Of a stretch of 64,000 bases of DNA, positions 26,391 through 40,039 are shown in pieces; within the stretch, counting starts at the first letter, position 1; each line of letters opens with the position of its first letter. The position numbers and the translations under genes are program-made. The notes below the pieces were generated by a model that worked only from the letters and a program-made list of their open reading frames with translations, did not search any database and was not told the origin of the DNA. Origin of the DNA: Callorhinchus milii (lineage: Eukaryota); the NCBI RefSeq assembly GCF_018977255.1, contig NW_024704742.1:45386001-45450000 (forward strand), in the 5' to 3' direction.

Positions 26391-27329
26391 TGTTACAGCC
26401 AACACTGCATATTGATGCAAGGGATGAAAAGTCATAGCTAGATGAAGCTGGTAGCCCTGAGGGCATCGTTCAAATTCCACTGTGCTATAACATGCTGCTT
26501 ATTTCTTATTAACTGTCAAATTAAAGAACAGATAAATTGATGATTAAAAAAAAGTAATATTCCTGCATCCAGCAGGTGGTAATGAAAATGGAAGATTACA
26601 AGATTATATCATTTTACCTCCGTTTTACATTACAGAGCTCACACTGTGTGTTTTTTAACAGTCAGAGAGCCAGAGTAATACTTAAATAGCTTTTTCTTTA
26701 TAGGTTGTAGTAAGAACAATGAATCAGAGCCTCGGTGATGAATCATCGTAACACATAACAATGTAAGGTATCGACAAACAATGCATGATAAAACTGCAGG
26801 ATGCTCGCCCTTCAATGTTATTTAAATGAAATTGAGAATATTTTATCATAACATTTTAATAAATGTAAGATGCAATAAATAGAAAATGCACAGTGGGGGA
26901 GTGGTGGACTATGGAAAATAAATGATTGAATGACATAGCGCAATAGAACTCGCCACTTGCTCATGCGGATTGCATCATGAGTAGTTTATTGTCTGCAATC
27001 CATCAAACAGACAGCACTCATTTTGTTTGCTCTGCACATTATAAAGTTCCCTGCATAATATTTCAATAATTAAATTAGTTTTTGTAAAGGTTAGAGTTAT
27101 CTTAACGACCATTTTGGGCACAATTGTTGCAGTACATAATTTTAATTGTATGTTTTCATCCCTCCCAGTTCTGATGCCATCGTTCTTGCAGTCATGTGAT
27201 GTTAGAATGACAGCAAAGAGGCCATTTAACCAATTGTGCCTTCGCAGTGCTATCACCCCCACTGGAGCTATCTACTCTAATACCTGCTATTTCTTCCATA
27301 TCCCTTTACTCATTCTTGGATTATCTATC

Positions 27330-27725
27330 TTCAGTGCTGGAGGAGTGGCGCATTTTCCCAGCTGACACACTTTGAATCAGATGATAAACCGAGCTTTCAG
27401 CTGCCTATTCAGGTGGACAAAGAACTCATAATATTATTTCAAAAGAGAAGGGAGTTTCTCCTGTTGTTATGGCCAGCAGCCCTCCAAAATGAATTAGTCA
27501 ATTACCTCATGGCTGTTTGTGGATCATTTCTGCCAGTGCCTTGGGACGTCCTACCTATGTAAAAGGCTCTATACAAATGCAATTTGTATTATATTGTGTA
27601 AACTGGCTGCTGAGTTTGCCTACAAATGCATAGTGACTGCACTTGCAGTGAGAAATATTGTGAAGTTCTTTGAGACATTCTCAATGTTATTTGGAGCTAC
27701 ACTAAATGCAAGGATGTTGTTGTGT
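27330..27725 (+). mobile_element. Older DeuSINE, degraded
   Basis: ataaaccgag..ctgcctattcaggtggac..ggagtttctcctg..ggctgtttgtgg..aaatgcaagg. Confidence 0.7.
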
Positions 27726-27894
27726 TCTGACTATTTTAATCTAATTTTTGAAATGAGTTTATGAATTTCTTCCTGTTTTAAATATTTAATTGTATCTACT
27801 AGAATCTAAAAGATGTGAAGGTATTAGGATTTGTTTTGCTTTATTTTGTTCCACTATAGAAACAGGAATCAAGATTGTTTAGCAAACACAGGTA

Positions 27895-28330
27895 CATACA
27901 GAACCACAGAAATATGTAGTGGGCTATTCAGTCCATTTTTTCATGCAAATGTTTGTTCCTCCAAGAAGCCATCCATCTTCACCTCTATTCCCTGATCTTT
28001 CCCTATATCCTCTCATACTCTTCCTCTACATGTGCTTGTCTAATTCTTTTTTAAATGCCCAAACCTCCCCTTTTATTCCTCTAGTCACAACCTTGAACTT
28101 GCGCCCTCCTGCCCTTAAATTCCCTACCAGTGGGAAATATTTATTCATAGTTAGTACTCTCATTATCTCTTATCACCCAGCAAACTTTTCCGTTCTAACA
28201 AGAAGAATGTGAACCTCTCCAGGATCTCCTCATAGCTATATCCTTTTATATCCAGTATCATCCTCATCATCCATGCTGCACTCTCTCCATAGCTACCGCT
28301 AGCATCTAAAACTGTACATATGGTTAGTTA
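27895..28330 (-). mobile_element. CR1-type LINE 3' fragment, degraded
   Basis: acagaaccacagaa tail; accttgaacttgcgccctc (reverse of RG.KFK) and ctccaggatctcctcatagct. Confidence 0.55.
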
Positions 28331-28499
28331 TGACCTAATCTGTCATTTAGCTTTTTCACATTATTTTCTTTTAAAAGCACCTTCTGTCTCTTACCACTTG
28401 TCCGTAGTTAAACTGTTGCTTCATAGAACCGTGAAGATATCTCTTTCAGTGAAGAACGTGCACTCAGGAGATGTTAGGCAGGAGTTTTCTGCAGAACAC

Positions 28500-28880
28500 A
28501 TCAACCATCTCGTATTAATCTGAGCACCGTCACTCTGTTTCTAGGTTAACCAATCCTGAGATATATTTCTATTCGTACCTCTTATCATTGATGGTTCAAC
28601 TCTTTATCCTTCTTCATCTTTCAATATTCTTAGTCTCACTATCTCCTCTGAATTCAAATGGAACGCTCACCTCTCCTGTATTGCAGAAGTTATTTCCAAG
28701 AAGCTTGATTGCTTCTTCAACGCCAATAAAATCCGCTCAAAATCTCTTTACAAACTGTACAGTCGAAGTCCGTCCAAAATCTTAAAAGTTCTTCTGTGTG
28801 TGAAGGCACCTCCAGCACCTCTTTGGACTTTTGAACATAATGCAAGACACGCCATATTCTGTGATATCCCCATAAGGCCT
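28500..28880 (+). mobile_element. LINE (CR1/Jockey-group) reverse transcriptase C-terminal fossil
   Basis: Reads ILSLTISSEFKWNAHLSCIA...LYK...VRP, like ILG.TI.S.L.W..HI..I...LYK..VRP of non-LTR RTs. Frameshifted. Confidence 0.6.
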
Positions 28881-29030
28881 GAAATTGGCAGTGGTATAAG
28901 GAGAAGACAGTGAAAGTAGGCTAGTTAGTTTCCAAAGATGGAAGCATACAAAAAAAAAGCAAACTATACTGATCTTGTATATCTAGTTACAAAAGACTTC
29001 CCTTGGATGGATGGAATGTTGCAATATAAA

Positions 29031-29352
29031 TTATAATCCTTGCATTTTGGTATAGTGCCTTATCAAGATTTTCAAAAATATATTGTAAAGTTTATGGGTG
29101 AAACTCAGCAGCTAATTGAGCAGAGCAACGGCACACAATCAGTCGTGGATTGAGTGACCAAATTTTTTTTGAGGGATTATTATCCATGGAAAGCAATTAG
29201 CCAATCGACTAACAACCAGGTTCCTACTTACTGCTAGGTAAACAGAGGCGTATGGAGTAAGGAAATTTTCCTAAGGTTTCACCCCAGCCAGCAATCAAAC
29301 CTGGGTCCTCTCGCTTGTGAAGTGAGTGCACTAACTACTATGCTACGGGACC
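29031..29352 (-). mobile_element. tRNA-derived SINE, long form
   Basis: Contains the extra block ctaacaaccaggttcctacttactgctaggtaaacagaggcg, plus head and tail. Confidence 0.9.
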
Positions 29353-31457
29353 TTGTGCAAGGTGACCAAAAAAGGTGCAATGAAGAAAAAGCAAAATAAA
29401 TGACTAAAACAAACCTTTCCAGTGACCCACCTTTCTTATTAAAAAGAGGTATTCTTTCCATTCAGATTGTACGCTGGGTGTACGCTTATAAAATGTGACA
29501 CCATGATAGAGCTATTTCACCACTGTTAGCTTTGCATATAGAATATTTTATGATGAATGAATATTTGATCGTATAAATGTAACTTCATTGCTCTGCAACT
29601 ACTAGCAGAAAATTGAATCATGCCTCTGAATCCCAGAGAAATGTTTTTGCATTACAGTGGTACATCCAAGAAAGTTATTATATCATCTGATTTGTAAACC
29701 TGATTACTTGGCATTTGTTCAATTTTGGCTTATTCCTTTGGAGTGTTATTGTTGTTGCATGTCTAGATTCTAGTTTTGGGTGTACCTATTCTTTCCTGAG
29801 TTACTGCTTTGTGGAATAAGTGAATCGGTGAGAAGCTGGTGCCGAGTAGCAGCTTTATTTTCACTCTGTGGTCTAATTTCTCCAATAAGCATTTTTAGTT
29901 TTTTGTTCCTGCAACGCCATGCACGTCTATTAGATTTTTTCTCTTGACTATGATGTATATGTCCCATGGTATTTTTCATAGCCTGACATGTGCTAGTAAT
30001 GGTTCTATTAGCCGCAGTGTATCTGCTGAGCTTGCTGTTTTCAGCAGGCTAGTCGTCATTACTGCTTTTCTGCAGTTTCCATATTAGCATGTGCCCTTTA
30101 CTGACTCTGCAGGAGCCATCACATAGAATTAGATGCTTTCTGCTAGATCTGCCTTTACTCTGTCCACTCTATTCCTTTCTCGCTGAGAAATACTGCTGAT
30201 ATTATCATAAAATCACTTAGCATTTGAATATTATATCTTTACAGTAAGAACCTCTGATGATGAAGTATGGCAACAATGTTCAGCTACCAACAAGTAATGG
30301 GACACAGGATCCTGTAGCACTTAATAATAAGGATCTGTATCCGTGCAAGACATTTAATAGTTATGAGACTTAGTAAACCCCTAATTAGGTTAGGTTTTCT
30401 TGTGAGGTTAGCAGTTCCATGATAGATCCCTGGAAGCAGATACAACACATCACTAACATTACCTATTACGACCAATGTGCTATAATTATAGCCAGCGTGC
30501 AAAGCAAACCTGTTATTTCAGTTCAGGCACCTTCAATGCTGATAATAAACATGCCTGGTTTGGGTCTCTTGTGTGGATAGCAAACAGTAAGATTAAAACA
30601 CAATGCTCTCAGAGCCAACACCTTTGCTGTCAGATAACTTGACAGTAAATGAGAGAAAAGATAGCATATGATTGTCAGTCTCACTGTAAGAAACTACTGT
30701 TGGTCCAACCTCCTTTTGTTTGAGTCATCAAGAGAATATTTAGGTCCTTTTGAATCGCAGGCTGCTTCATTTGTGCAAATATTTTATCGTCTTTATGCTA
30801 CACATTTACAATTTGTGCTTAAATGAACAGAAAGGCTTGCTCAAGCAGTTTTCTTTTCTTTCAGGCTTTCTTTTCTGACATTTGGCAGAAAATTATAAAA
30901 ATTCTGCAGGTAGGGGTTCTAGTCAGAGAGAAGGAATTGAAATTCTGTAGGCTGGGAAGGTTTTAACTCGTTCAGATCAGGGTGCTATTTATACATCGAT
31001 TTGACAATGGCCTGTGAGATCCGTTATATTCTTAAATAAATGTAATGCCTGATTGCAATTTACACAAGGTGTCAATTTGATCTGGATAATGTTTTAATCT
31101 GTGGAAATGATGAATTTACTGGGATATTCTAGTATAATTTCAGTACTGATTCAAATTTGGCAAGTATGGTTAATTTGCAGCATAAATAATATTTCACATT
31201 TAAAAACTAACTTAAGTGAGCCTGAAAAGTAGCTCACTGCTGATTCATGATAACTTTCTTTTGTTATTTTTGGCAATAGAGCTAAACTATATTCCTGTAA
31301 TCTTTTTGCAATCTGTGTACTAAATGTAATATATATATTTAAAAATATATATTTTTAGTATAGATCCTGGGAATCTATTATCAGTAATAATTAGGACTCA
31401 AAACAATTGAAATTCTAGATAAAACAATGGGGCTAATATCACAAATATGCAGAAATA

Positions 31458-31737
31458 ATCCATCCTTTGGATGAGACATTAAACCCAGGTCCCATCTGTC
31501 TGTTCAGGTGGATGTTAAAGCTCCCATGGCAACACTCAGACACAAAAGAGTTTCTCCCAATGTCTTGGCCAACAATCCTCAAAATAAAATTGGTCATTTG
31601 TTTCTTGGCTTTTTGAGGAACAAGGCAGTTGCTTTAGCCTTCAAATACATAGTCGACAGTAAATCATGTGAAAAGGTTTTGGGAGTCTGCATGATTTGAA
31701 AGGCACAATACCGAATACAAGGATTATTATTTATTAT
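31458..31737 (+). mobile_element. Older DeuSINE
   Basis: ctttggatgagacattaaacccaggtcccatctgtctgttcaggtggatgttaaagctcccatggca. Confidence 0.8.
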
Positions 31738-33767
31738 CACTATAATGCCCACTTGTACGTAGCTTGTCGACACAAAAGGCAGTGGTGAGCAAGAAAGAGA
31801 CTAGGAAGGGAGAGAAACAATTGTTGGATATCAATAGAAAGAAAAACAAGGCATAGGAGAAACCAGACTATTGATTCATCATGAGAACAGCATACATTTT
31901 CAGCATATCCAAAGTAAATCATTTTGTTTGACAGTTAAATGCAATAATGCTAATTTGACAGTAGATTACTTTTAGGTCGTCAATGGCTATTAATCTGAAA
32001 AGTCATCAATCCTAAATCATAAGTCCCAGTTGATTGCCAGACAGTAGCTCAAAAGTAAACTTAAATATTTTAGCTAAAAAAAGTTCTACTGGTTAAATAA
32101 ATTAGTGACAATCCAGTATTGAACAGGTTGGCAATATAGAACAATTTTCTGATGTCAGGAGGATGTTCAGCTCCAACCAGTCATGAAGTACAAATCAACA
32201 CAAAATTATATTTGTGATGTAGAAGAACACAAATTTGGTACCTTGCAAAAATTATCATGACATACTGCAAAATTATCCCCCCAAAGTCTGCTTTAAGTAT
32301 TTTCAAAAAAACAGTATTCATTAAAACAAGTTCAAAGAGTTAAAATATATTTTTAATGGTGTACATGCTACATTTTACTGTAGCTTTGTACATTCATAGA
32401 AGCAGCCTTGAGCAACATCAAACATCATCCAATTTGTGTTACAGAAACAGAAGACGTGTTCCTACAGACCAACCATAAAATAAAATGGTGCCCTTATGGT
32501 TACATTCAAGGTCACAGAGTCATTGGCATTGGCAGAAACACTTGTTAGTATGGTATCTTTATTCTTTGACATTTTGTACTCCAGAGATGAGACAGACCAT
32601 GGTCGCAAGAGATTAACGCAAGAGAGATTTTTTCCCCCATTTACACGGTCGCTTGATGTTCTGCTGTTTGTATCTTTGAGACCTTGAAATCCTTATATAT
32701 ATATACATATATATTACTGAACATGTATATTGTTTAGTTTTTCTCTCAAACATTATATTTAATTCATCGTCAGGCATTTCATTTGATATATCAGAGAATT
32801 GTCAGTTTTTGTGTCACTAATAAATATCTGCCTTAAATTCATTGTTTTTAGCCTATATTTTTCCACTTCACTTTGTCACAGAGAATGTCATCTTTATCCT
32901 TCTTTGGAATTACTTCTGGTTTCCACAGGATTGCCTGTGAGCAGATACGTTCTTGTTGATTTCTATTCAAACTCTTTATTTGTAAATCTTTCCTACCATT
33001 CCATTTGCAGATATAAAGTATTTGTATTTCCGTGAAAAACAACCCCAACAATCAGTGCTGCCTTTCATCAGTCTGTACATCATCACTGTCTATTCTCTGA
33101 ACCGAAAAGTATCATAAATGATTAAGCTTTTTTATGTCTGAGGCAAGTGTATAGAGGTCACACCGGCTTTTTGAGCAACTAAAAGGAATATTTTAAGAAA
33201 AGCTGTATGTTAGCAGCATGATAAAAAATGAAAAGGCTCCTCCCACAGCAAATAATCTTCTATTAAATCACAGAGTTTTCACTTTTCAGATCTATGACAG
33301 ATTTTTTTAAAAAAAAGTATCATTTACATCCAGTTCCTTCCTTTCCCTTGAGCCTGAGGAAACACAATGGTACTTTGTTTGATTACAGATCTGAAACTTG
33401 ATAATTTAAGACACTTGGAGTACATTCATAGATTGAATAGATATTAAATACAGGTAGCACTTCACTGCATAACAGATCACATCCGTAAAACATTGTAAAT
33501 CTTAGCTCAGTAGTCACAAGGAATAGTTGACTTTAATATAGTAGAACATATCTTGATATGGATCAACTCATGTAAAACATGATGTTTCAAGGTTAAATAA
33601 TGAAAAATGCTGTCTTTGGAAAAATAGAAACATGAATGAAACATACTAACATTATTAATATTCTAAGTTTGCTAAGTTGGATATTCATTTGAATTTGAAC
33701 CTTAGAGATTGCATGTGTATTTTATTTTACTTGGTGACCGATTGATGGACTCCAATGGTCTTTTCCA

Positions 33768-34030
33768 GTCACAAGATCACAAGATTGGTTTGGGGGAAGA
33801 AGGTCCTTTGGCCCATCTGGTCTCATCCCTCCACAATGCGTATTTCACTGTACTCCCATCACAGCATCAAGCTATGTCTTAAACAAGTCCAGTGTCCTGG
33901 TCTTAACCACACTTTCTGCTAACCTGTTCCAGTCAAAAACCTCTGAGTATTTAACCTAAGAATTACCCTTTGCAACTCTAAATCTGTGCCCTCTTCTATC
34001 TATTGCCTTGGTATATCCTCTTGTACAATC
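33768..34030 (-). mobile_element. CR1-type LINE 3' end
   Basis: tcacaagatcacaaga tail and ggcccatctggtctcatcc, the reverse of the family at 1-278. Confidence 0.75.
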
Positions 34031-34249
34031 TTATGAAACAAAGATTTGGAAAAGCAGAACTTCACTTTGGATAAAAAAAACACAGGGCTAAATAATTGGT
34101 TGGTGGATATACATGATTAGATATGTGTGATTTCTCCTTAAAGCTTTGTGTATTATGGGTGGAAACATGTGTTCTCGCATTGCTTGTGTTATTCTGCTAC
34201 AAATGATAACAGATTATTAGGAACATGCTGTTCAATTTGAAAAACAATA

Positions 34250-34770
34250 TTAATAATAACAGCTACATTTGATAATGCCTTTGAAGTAAAGGAATGTCTC
34301 AAACCAAATAACAAATGTAGAGGTGAATGCTGAGCAAGCAAAAGGGAGATTTAAAGATGATCAAAGGCACACAAAAAAAGGTGGTTTTAGGAATTGAAGT
34401 CGTGGAACTGGAAGAAGAGAAATTATGGGCCAGGAAAATAGGGCTGAAGCAGAGTGCAAAAATAGTGTGGGACAAGATCATGGAAGAATTACAAGACCAG
34501 AATAAGCATTTTAAAAATTGATCTGCTAAGACAACGGAGCCACTGGAGCTTAGCAGCGAAACAGTATAATTTACATTTATATAGCGCCTTTCATGTCAGG
34601 AGGTCAGCTTGACTGTGCTGGATGGGCATCTGAGCTGTGGGTATGTTGAAAGAAAGCTAGGGAGGTAGGACGAATGGGGGATGGCGGCAGTGGGAGAGAA
34701 TATGAATCAACTGGAACTCAGGGAACATGTAGCTAGGGAAGCTGGCGAGTAGAGCATTGGAAAAGTGTAT
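34250..34770 (-). mobile_element. L2-type fragments, degraded
   Basis: Two L2-like tails (tacatttatatagcgcctttca) and purine-rich reverse L2 ORF2 sequence. Confidence 0.5.
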
Positions 34771-37700
34771 CCTTCAAAGAACTTCAAAATGGGTCTAAAG
34801 AGCTTGTCAGAAGACTATTACAATTTACAATTCAAATTCTCCAGGAAATGTATAAATACTTCATCATGACTGAAGTTTGTGCCTTTATTGAAAATCACCC
34901 TTACACGTTTTTTCAAGGCATAATATAATTTTCTGTTTCAACTTTACAAGTGGAATGTTTGTTTGAACAAAAGTGTGTTCTCATTATATTCCTCTCCCCG
35001 AGTCTTGAGTTATGAAAGCTTTTCCAATTGAGTGTTAATATTTCCTACTAGGATTTCAAGATGAGAGAGTATGACTATCAACTGTGATTTAAAGTCATTT
35101 CCTGGAGTGATCCTGGCATGGTGCGGTTTGAAACCTGCTGCATCATGTCTGATATAATGAGTTTAGGTCAAAAGAATTGGAATTCTCACTGAGTTTCTCA
35201 GGTGACCAAGATCTGTTCAAAGCAGAATGAATTAAAATCAATGGCAGTAAATAAAATGAAATCTACTTAACACAGTGCCATTTTCTAGCAGAATCAGTTT
35301 TGAAGATAGAATTCCAAAATGCCAGGCTATTTCCTGTTAATTAATTACCCTATTTTTCTTTAAAAAGAGCCAACAACAACTTTAATTTATTCATCCCCCT
35401 TCACACTGGGTAGTGGATAGAGTGGCTGGGTTAGAAGGTTTGGGTGGTTGCAGAGTTAGCGTGGGGCAAGACCATGGAGGGATTTACAGGTTATGACAAG
35501 CATCTTGAACTTGATTTGCTGGGGGTGAGGAAGCAGTGGAACCGGATGTGAATGGGGGTGAGAGGTTTGCTGAACCCATTGTGGGAAACATTGCAGAAAA
35601 CAATAGGTTTATCAGAGTTTCCATTTTTTTTCAAAGAAGATTCTGAATCTATCAGTCTAAATATGTAATCACTCCACTGCATAAGGGATTCTGTTTTATC
35701 CATCTGTTTGCTGCTGTTGTCTGCCTTTTTCTAAATCACTTGCAATCTATAAATATAAATATTTTCCTTTATGGATCTAACATTTCATTGCTGAAGAAAT
35801 GTATGAACCAGTACATGAAATCTGAGCCACTCTCCATGTAACCAAATATGAGAGGCAACGATTTTGCACTGCATTTTTTAAGTATGATTGCTCATCTAAG
35901 TTGTTCTCAGCGACTAATACACAACCAGAAACATATCAAATGTACTTAGAACACAGTACTCAGGTCAAAATATCACAACACAGATGTGCTGAAATTATTT
36001 TTAAAATACTATTACAATGGTTTGGGTATAAGTGCAGGTTAATGCTCTTAAGTGACATACGATTAACTTCAATCCAAGGCCCATTTGAAACTTTAAGAAG
36101 AAATTTGCATGTGATATTGTCACCAATGAAAATTATCACATTGTTATTACTGACCAGAAGGATTGGGATGGGACGTTGAGGGTTTCACCCCTGAACTCCA
36201 TGATAACTATTGACTACTGATAATCCCGTGTTTAGGTGATGTGATAATTAGCGCCAGTGGTAGCATCCCACACTACTGTTTGTCCTGTTCTCTCAGTAAT
36301 GTTTGTCTGTTTGCCCAAGAGTATTGAAAAGAATCACAAATAATTACCTTTTACTTCTGTTACTGTTATTCGTTTTCTCTTGGTCAATGGTTGGACTGAT
36401 TTATATTTTAACTGTGGTACGGGTTATACAGGAATGAGTTGCCCCTTCCCCTGGTGACAATTATCAAGTAGTCATTATTCCTTAGTTGCTTCTGTAGTGT
36501 TTCCTACAATTAAGATCTGAAAGCTACGGAAAATAGAAGGGAGATTTAATTTTGAAAAGAATTGGGAAGTCCCATCACAAGGATAGAAAGTCACAATGAT
36601 TTGGCATGTTAATGCTCTTAACATCTGGTTAAAAAGATGTAGTAGCAAGCATTACATTACATCTTTGGAGCATTAAATCTGAGGCCAATCTAGTCCTCAC
36701 CAAGCATTCAAACACATGTGTACTTTCCAGTGGTGGTCAAAGGCACTATATCAAATCCTAAAGATTGTTATTATCAATTGTCTTACTCTCTAGGCTATCC
36801 GAAGACCTGTTCTGTTACTCTCAGATATATTTGTCACATAGTAACCTTCATTGATCAGAATTTTTCATTTATGAGCAAGAAAATCTTCCAGATAAGCACA
36901 TATAGGAAATAGCGTGGCTTAATCCTAGCAATATTGCTATTTCCATTGCAGTATTTTTTAATGGAATAGCTTAATAAAGGATCTGAGTAGTAAGAATGCG
37001 AGACTACCTCTTGTAACTGGATTGTATATCACTCCATAACCTCTGAAGAATTTCGCTCTAGTGTTTCAGTAGATCAGAGACAACTTTAACAGGATTTATT
37101 TTAAGAAAATAGTTACGAACACCACAAATTGATGCCCTTTCCCTCCATTTTCATGGTTATATTTCTGAATTCAAAAGTGTTCTTTCTACTGTGTTTGTAG
37201 GTACTGCCAAGTACTGCACCTCAGCTGCTGAGTGAGTAGCTGGGCACACAGCCTGCTTCTTGACCTCTGCCAGGGCTCTGTTTGACCAGCTGTTTGGGAG
37301 GCACATGATAGCAACCTGATGCTGCTGAACTGATGGCGAGGACCATGCAATTTTTCATGTGTTTCCCCCATGCAGGGAGACATTGATAGTTTCCAGTTGC
37401 TCAGCATTTCTCAAAGCAGGAATTTTTACAAAGTACAGAAATGAAACCTCTATCTTATCGCACGGTGGTGCTCCAGTGCTTAGTGCCTCTGTGCCGCAAG
37501 CCAGCCAGCTATTCTGAATGACATTGTAGTCTTATTCTCCTATCCTAGATAATATGAGAAACAAGGTACAGCATGATAATAAGAGGCTCAATTGTCAAAG
37601 AAAGGAAGATTGTCATCTTGTCAGTAAAATTGATATATGAATAGTGGCAGGATGAAAATCAAAGTTTCAGTGGCAGAAATATTTTGTTGTTTGCAAATAA

Positions 37701-38944
37701 AGTTGGAAAACTATTTGCAGTTACTGAAAACAATGAATAAGGCATTTTTGTTGATGTTTTGAATGAAAGCAAGAAATAGATATTTCTTTTTCTTTTCCGA
37801 GGCTAACTAGCCTCGGAAAAGGCATAGCCTTTAATCATGGTTGGAGCAGACATTTTTGAGATCTTTTCAAAGTGTTGCAGTTTGGGCAGAATGTGCATCA
37901 TACTGCAAGTGAAGCTGCAATTATACTGTATTATCCAAGGAGGAGATAGGACATGGAATAAGAGAACTACAGCTGAGGAGGTATTATAATAATAATAATA
38001 ATCCTTGCATTTGATATTTGTATCTGCAGGGAAGGGTATTGAAGCCCAGAATATCCTATCTGAATCTCACCAATACTCGTATCCCTCATCAAGAACATAC
38101 TCTTATCTATTATAAATGTAAAATATTAATGTCAACTGTAAAGTCACTGCACCACAGCAGTGCAAACCAACCAGGAAGCTCCTGAGACGTTTTAATATTC
38201 CCTTGGGCTTAATGATGATGGGAGCAACATTTCCAATCAGGATCTCCCAGAATTGTGACTAAGAGCCTTTGTTCTATCACTGATCTGGTTGTGAGACTTA
38301 GTTTTCAATTGCCAAAGAATATTTTCATGACTATCCTTCTATTGTTGTTATTGCAAATTCTTTACAATATAACAAAAAATAAGTTGCATTAAATTAATCA
38401 AAATATAAACCTTAAAGAAAAAGATTATATATTATTCAGTCGGGTATATTTGACACATGCATAAACCCATCACTATGCTAGTTTCCAAACCAGACTGAGA
38501 GTTCCACAAATGTATGACACACATTTTGCCAAAATATATATTCAGCATTTAGGATTTAACAGTTTTTAGCATTTGGACAGCAATCTAGAGATTATTCATG
38601 CATTTTTTGCATTTTTTGTATTGCATTCTTAAACTCATGAGAATGTCCTTTGGAGATATACTCACATGTTCAATCTAGAATTCACTTGGATAGCAGACAT
38701 TTAGAAATGAATGATACACAAGTCATTGCTTCTTCCTGTCTTCTCATCTTAAGCAGGTTTAAACAACCTTTAGATGGGCCACTCCTGATGTCAGGATTTG
38801 TTCTTGTGATTAAGGAGTGTAGACAGAACATTGCTATATCTCAGGTCAGGTTATGTGGTAATTTATGTGCTATGTGCATCCCGTTGCCACTGAAGTTGTT
38901 AATATGCAGGAGTCACATGCCCAAATGTTCCTACTCAAATGCCG

Positions 38945-39140
38945 TTTTCAGATTCTCAGAAGTCATTGTCAGGAAATCAAACAGACTAACCTTTTGCATA
39001 TTAATCATTAGTTTGCAGAAAATGGCAAGTTTTCTGGCACACAAGAGCCTTAAAGAGGTTCTGACTTCATGTAAAACATATCTAGCAAAGTCTTTTTCTG
39101 CATTTGCTCGCAAACACACTACATGATAATGTAAATCCCA
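38945..39140 (-). pseudogene. Possible hAT transposase C-terminal (dimerisation-region) remnant
   Basis: ANAEKDFARYVLHEVRTSL...LMINMQKVSLFDF loosely resembles hAT A.CERGFS..N.IKT..R.SL...LM.I.....FDF. Matched by eye only. Confidence 0.35.
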
Positions 39141-39574
39141 TTGAATACCTCCATCACTTAAATGCCAGGTCATTCTGACAAGGATCATAGTTCTTCTAGC
39201 TTTTCTCCATTCATAGAGGCAACAAAAGGTTTCAAGAAAGAATTGCAGTATATTGCTGTTTTGGATGAGCATTGATTGAATGGTTTGAGGGATAGAACAA
39301 TGTAGGATTTGGGTTTTTAAAAATGTTCAGATCGACTGTAAAGATCTTTTCCTGTCCTATATTTTCCTGCATTTCCCAGATTTTGTTTCATGGAGACAGC
39401 ATGGGTGATTTCTGTAATGACAGCCTTTAAAGACATGAAGAACAATAATGGGTGCTATATCCATGCATATTGTGAAGCCTGAGTTAAGACACAACATTGC
39501 TCTGAACAACCTCAACTTTGGAATAGTCGTCAGCCTAGCTCAGTTGGCAGCATTCTCATTAGAAGCTTGATTCT

Positions 39575-39932
39575 CATCTGGCTTTACTGGCTTCCTATCC
39601 CAAAGCAAATCAACTTTATGATCTTCATCCTCACCTTCAAAAGCTTTCAAGGCCTTGCACCACCCTATCTCTGCAATGTCCTGTGACACAACTACCCCAC
39701 GTTGTCCGGTTCACCACCTTCAGTCTGCTTCAAGCCGCCACCTGCTCCATACCACCACTTTCATAGATGAGCTTTTGGTCACTTTGCCCCCTTCCTCTGG
39801 AACTCCTTCCGGATATCCCTTTGCCTTCCCCTTTTCCCTTCTCAGCCTGGGCTCCCATTCAGCCTCTGTAAAGCAGAGATGTTCTCTCAACATGAAAATA
39901 CCATCTAAGTGTAAATTATTATTGATGTTGCC
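39575..39932 (+). mobile_element. L2 LINE 3' portion
   Basis: Translates LYWLPIPKQINFMIFILTFKSFQGLAPPYL. Confidence 0.85.
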
Positions 39933-40039
39933 TGCTTCTATTATTTCTACTAATTTGTATGCAATGATCTGGGGACTGACTGCCTGCACATCTCTCACAG
40001 CAAAATCATCATGGGCGGAACTGTTCTCTCTCCCTCATG

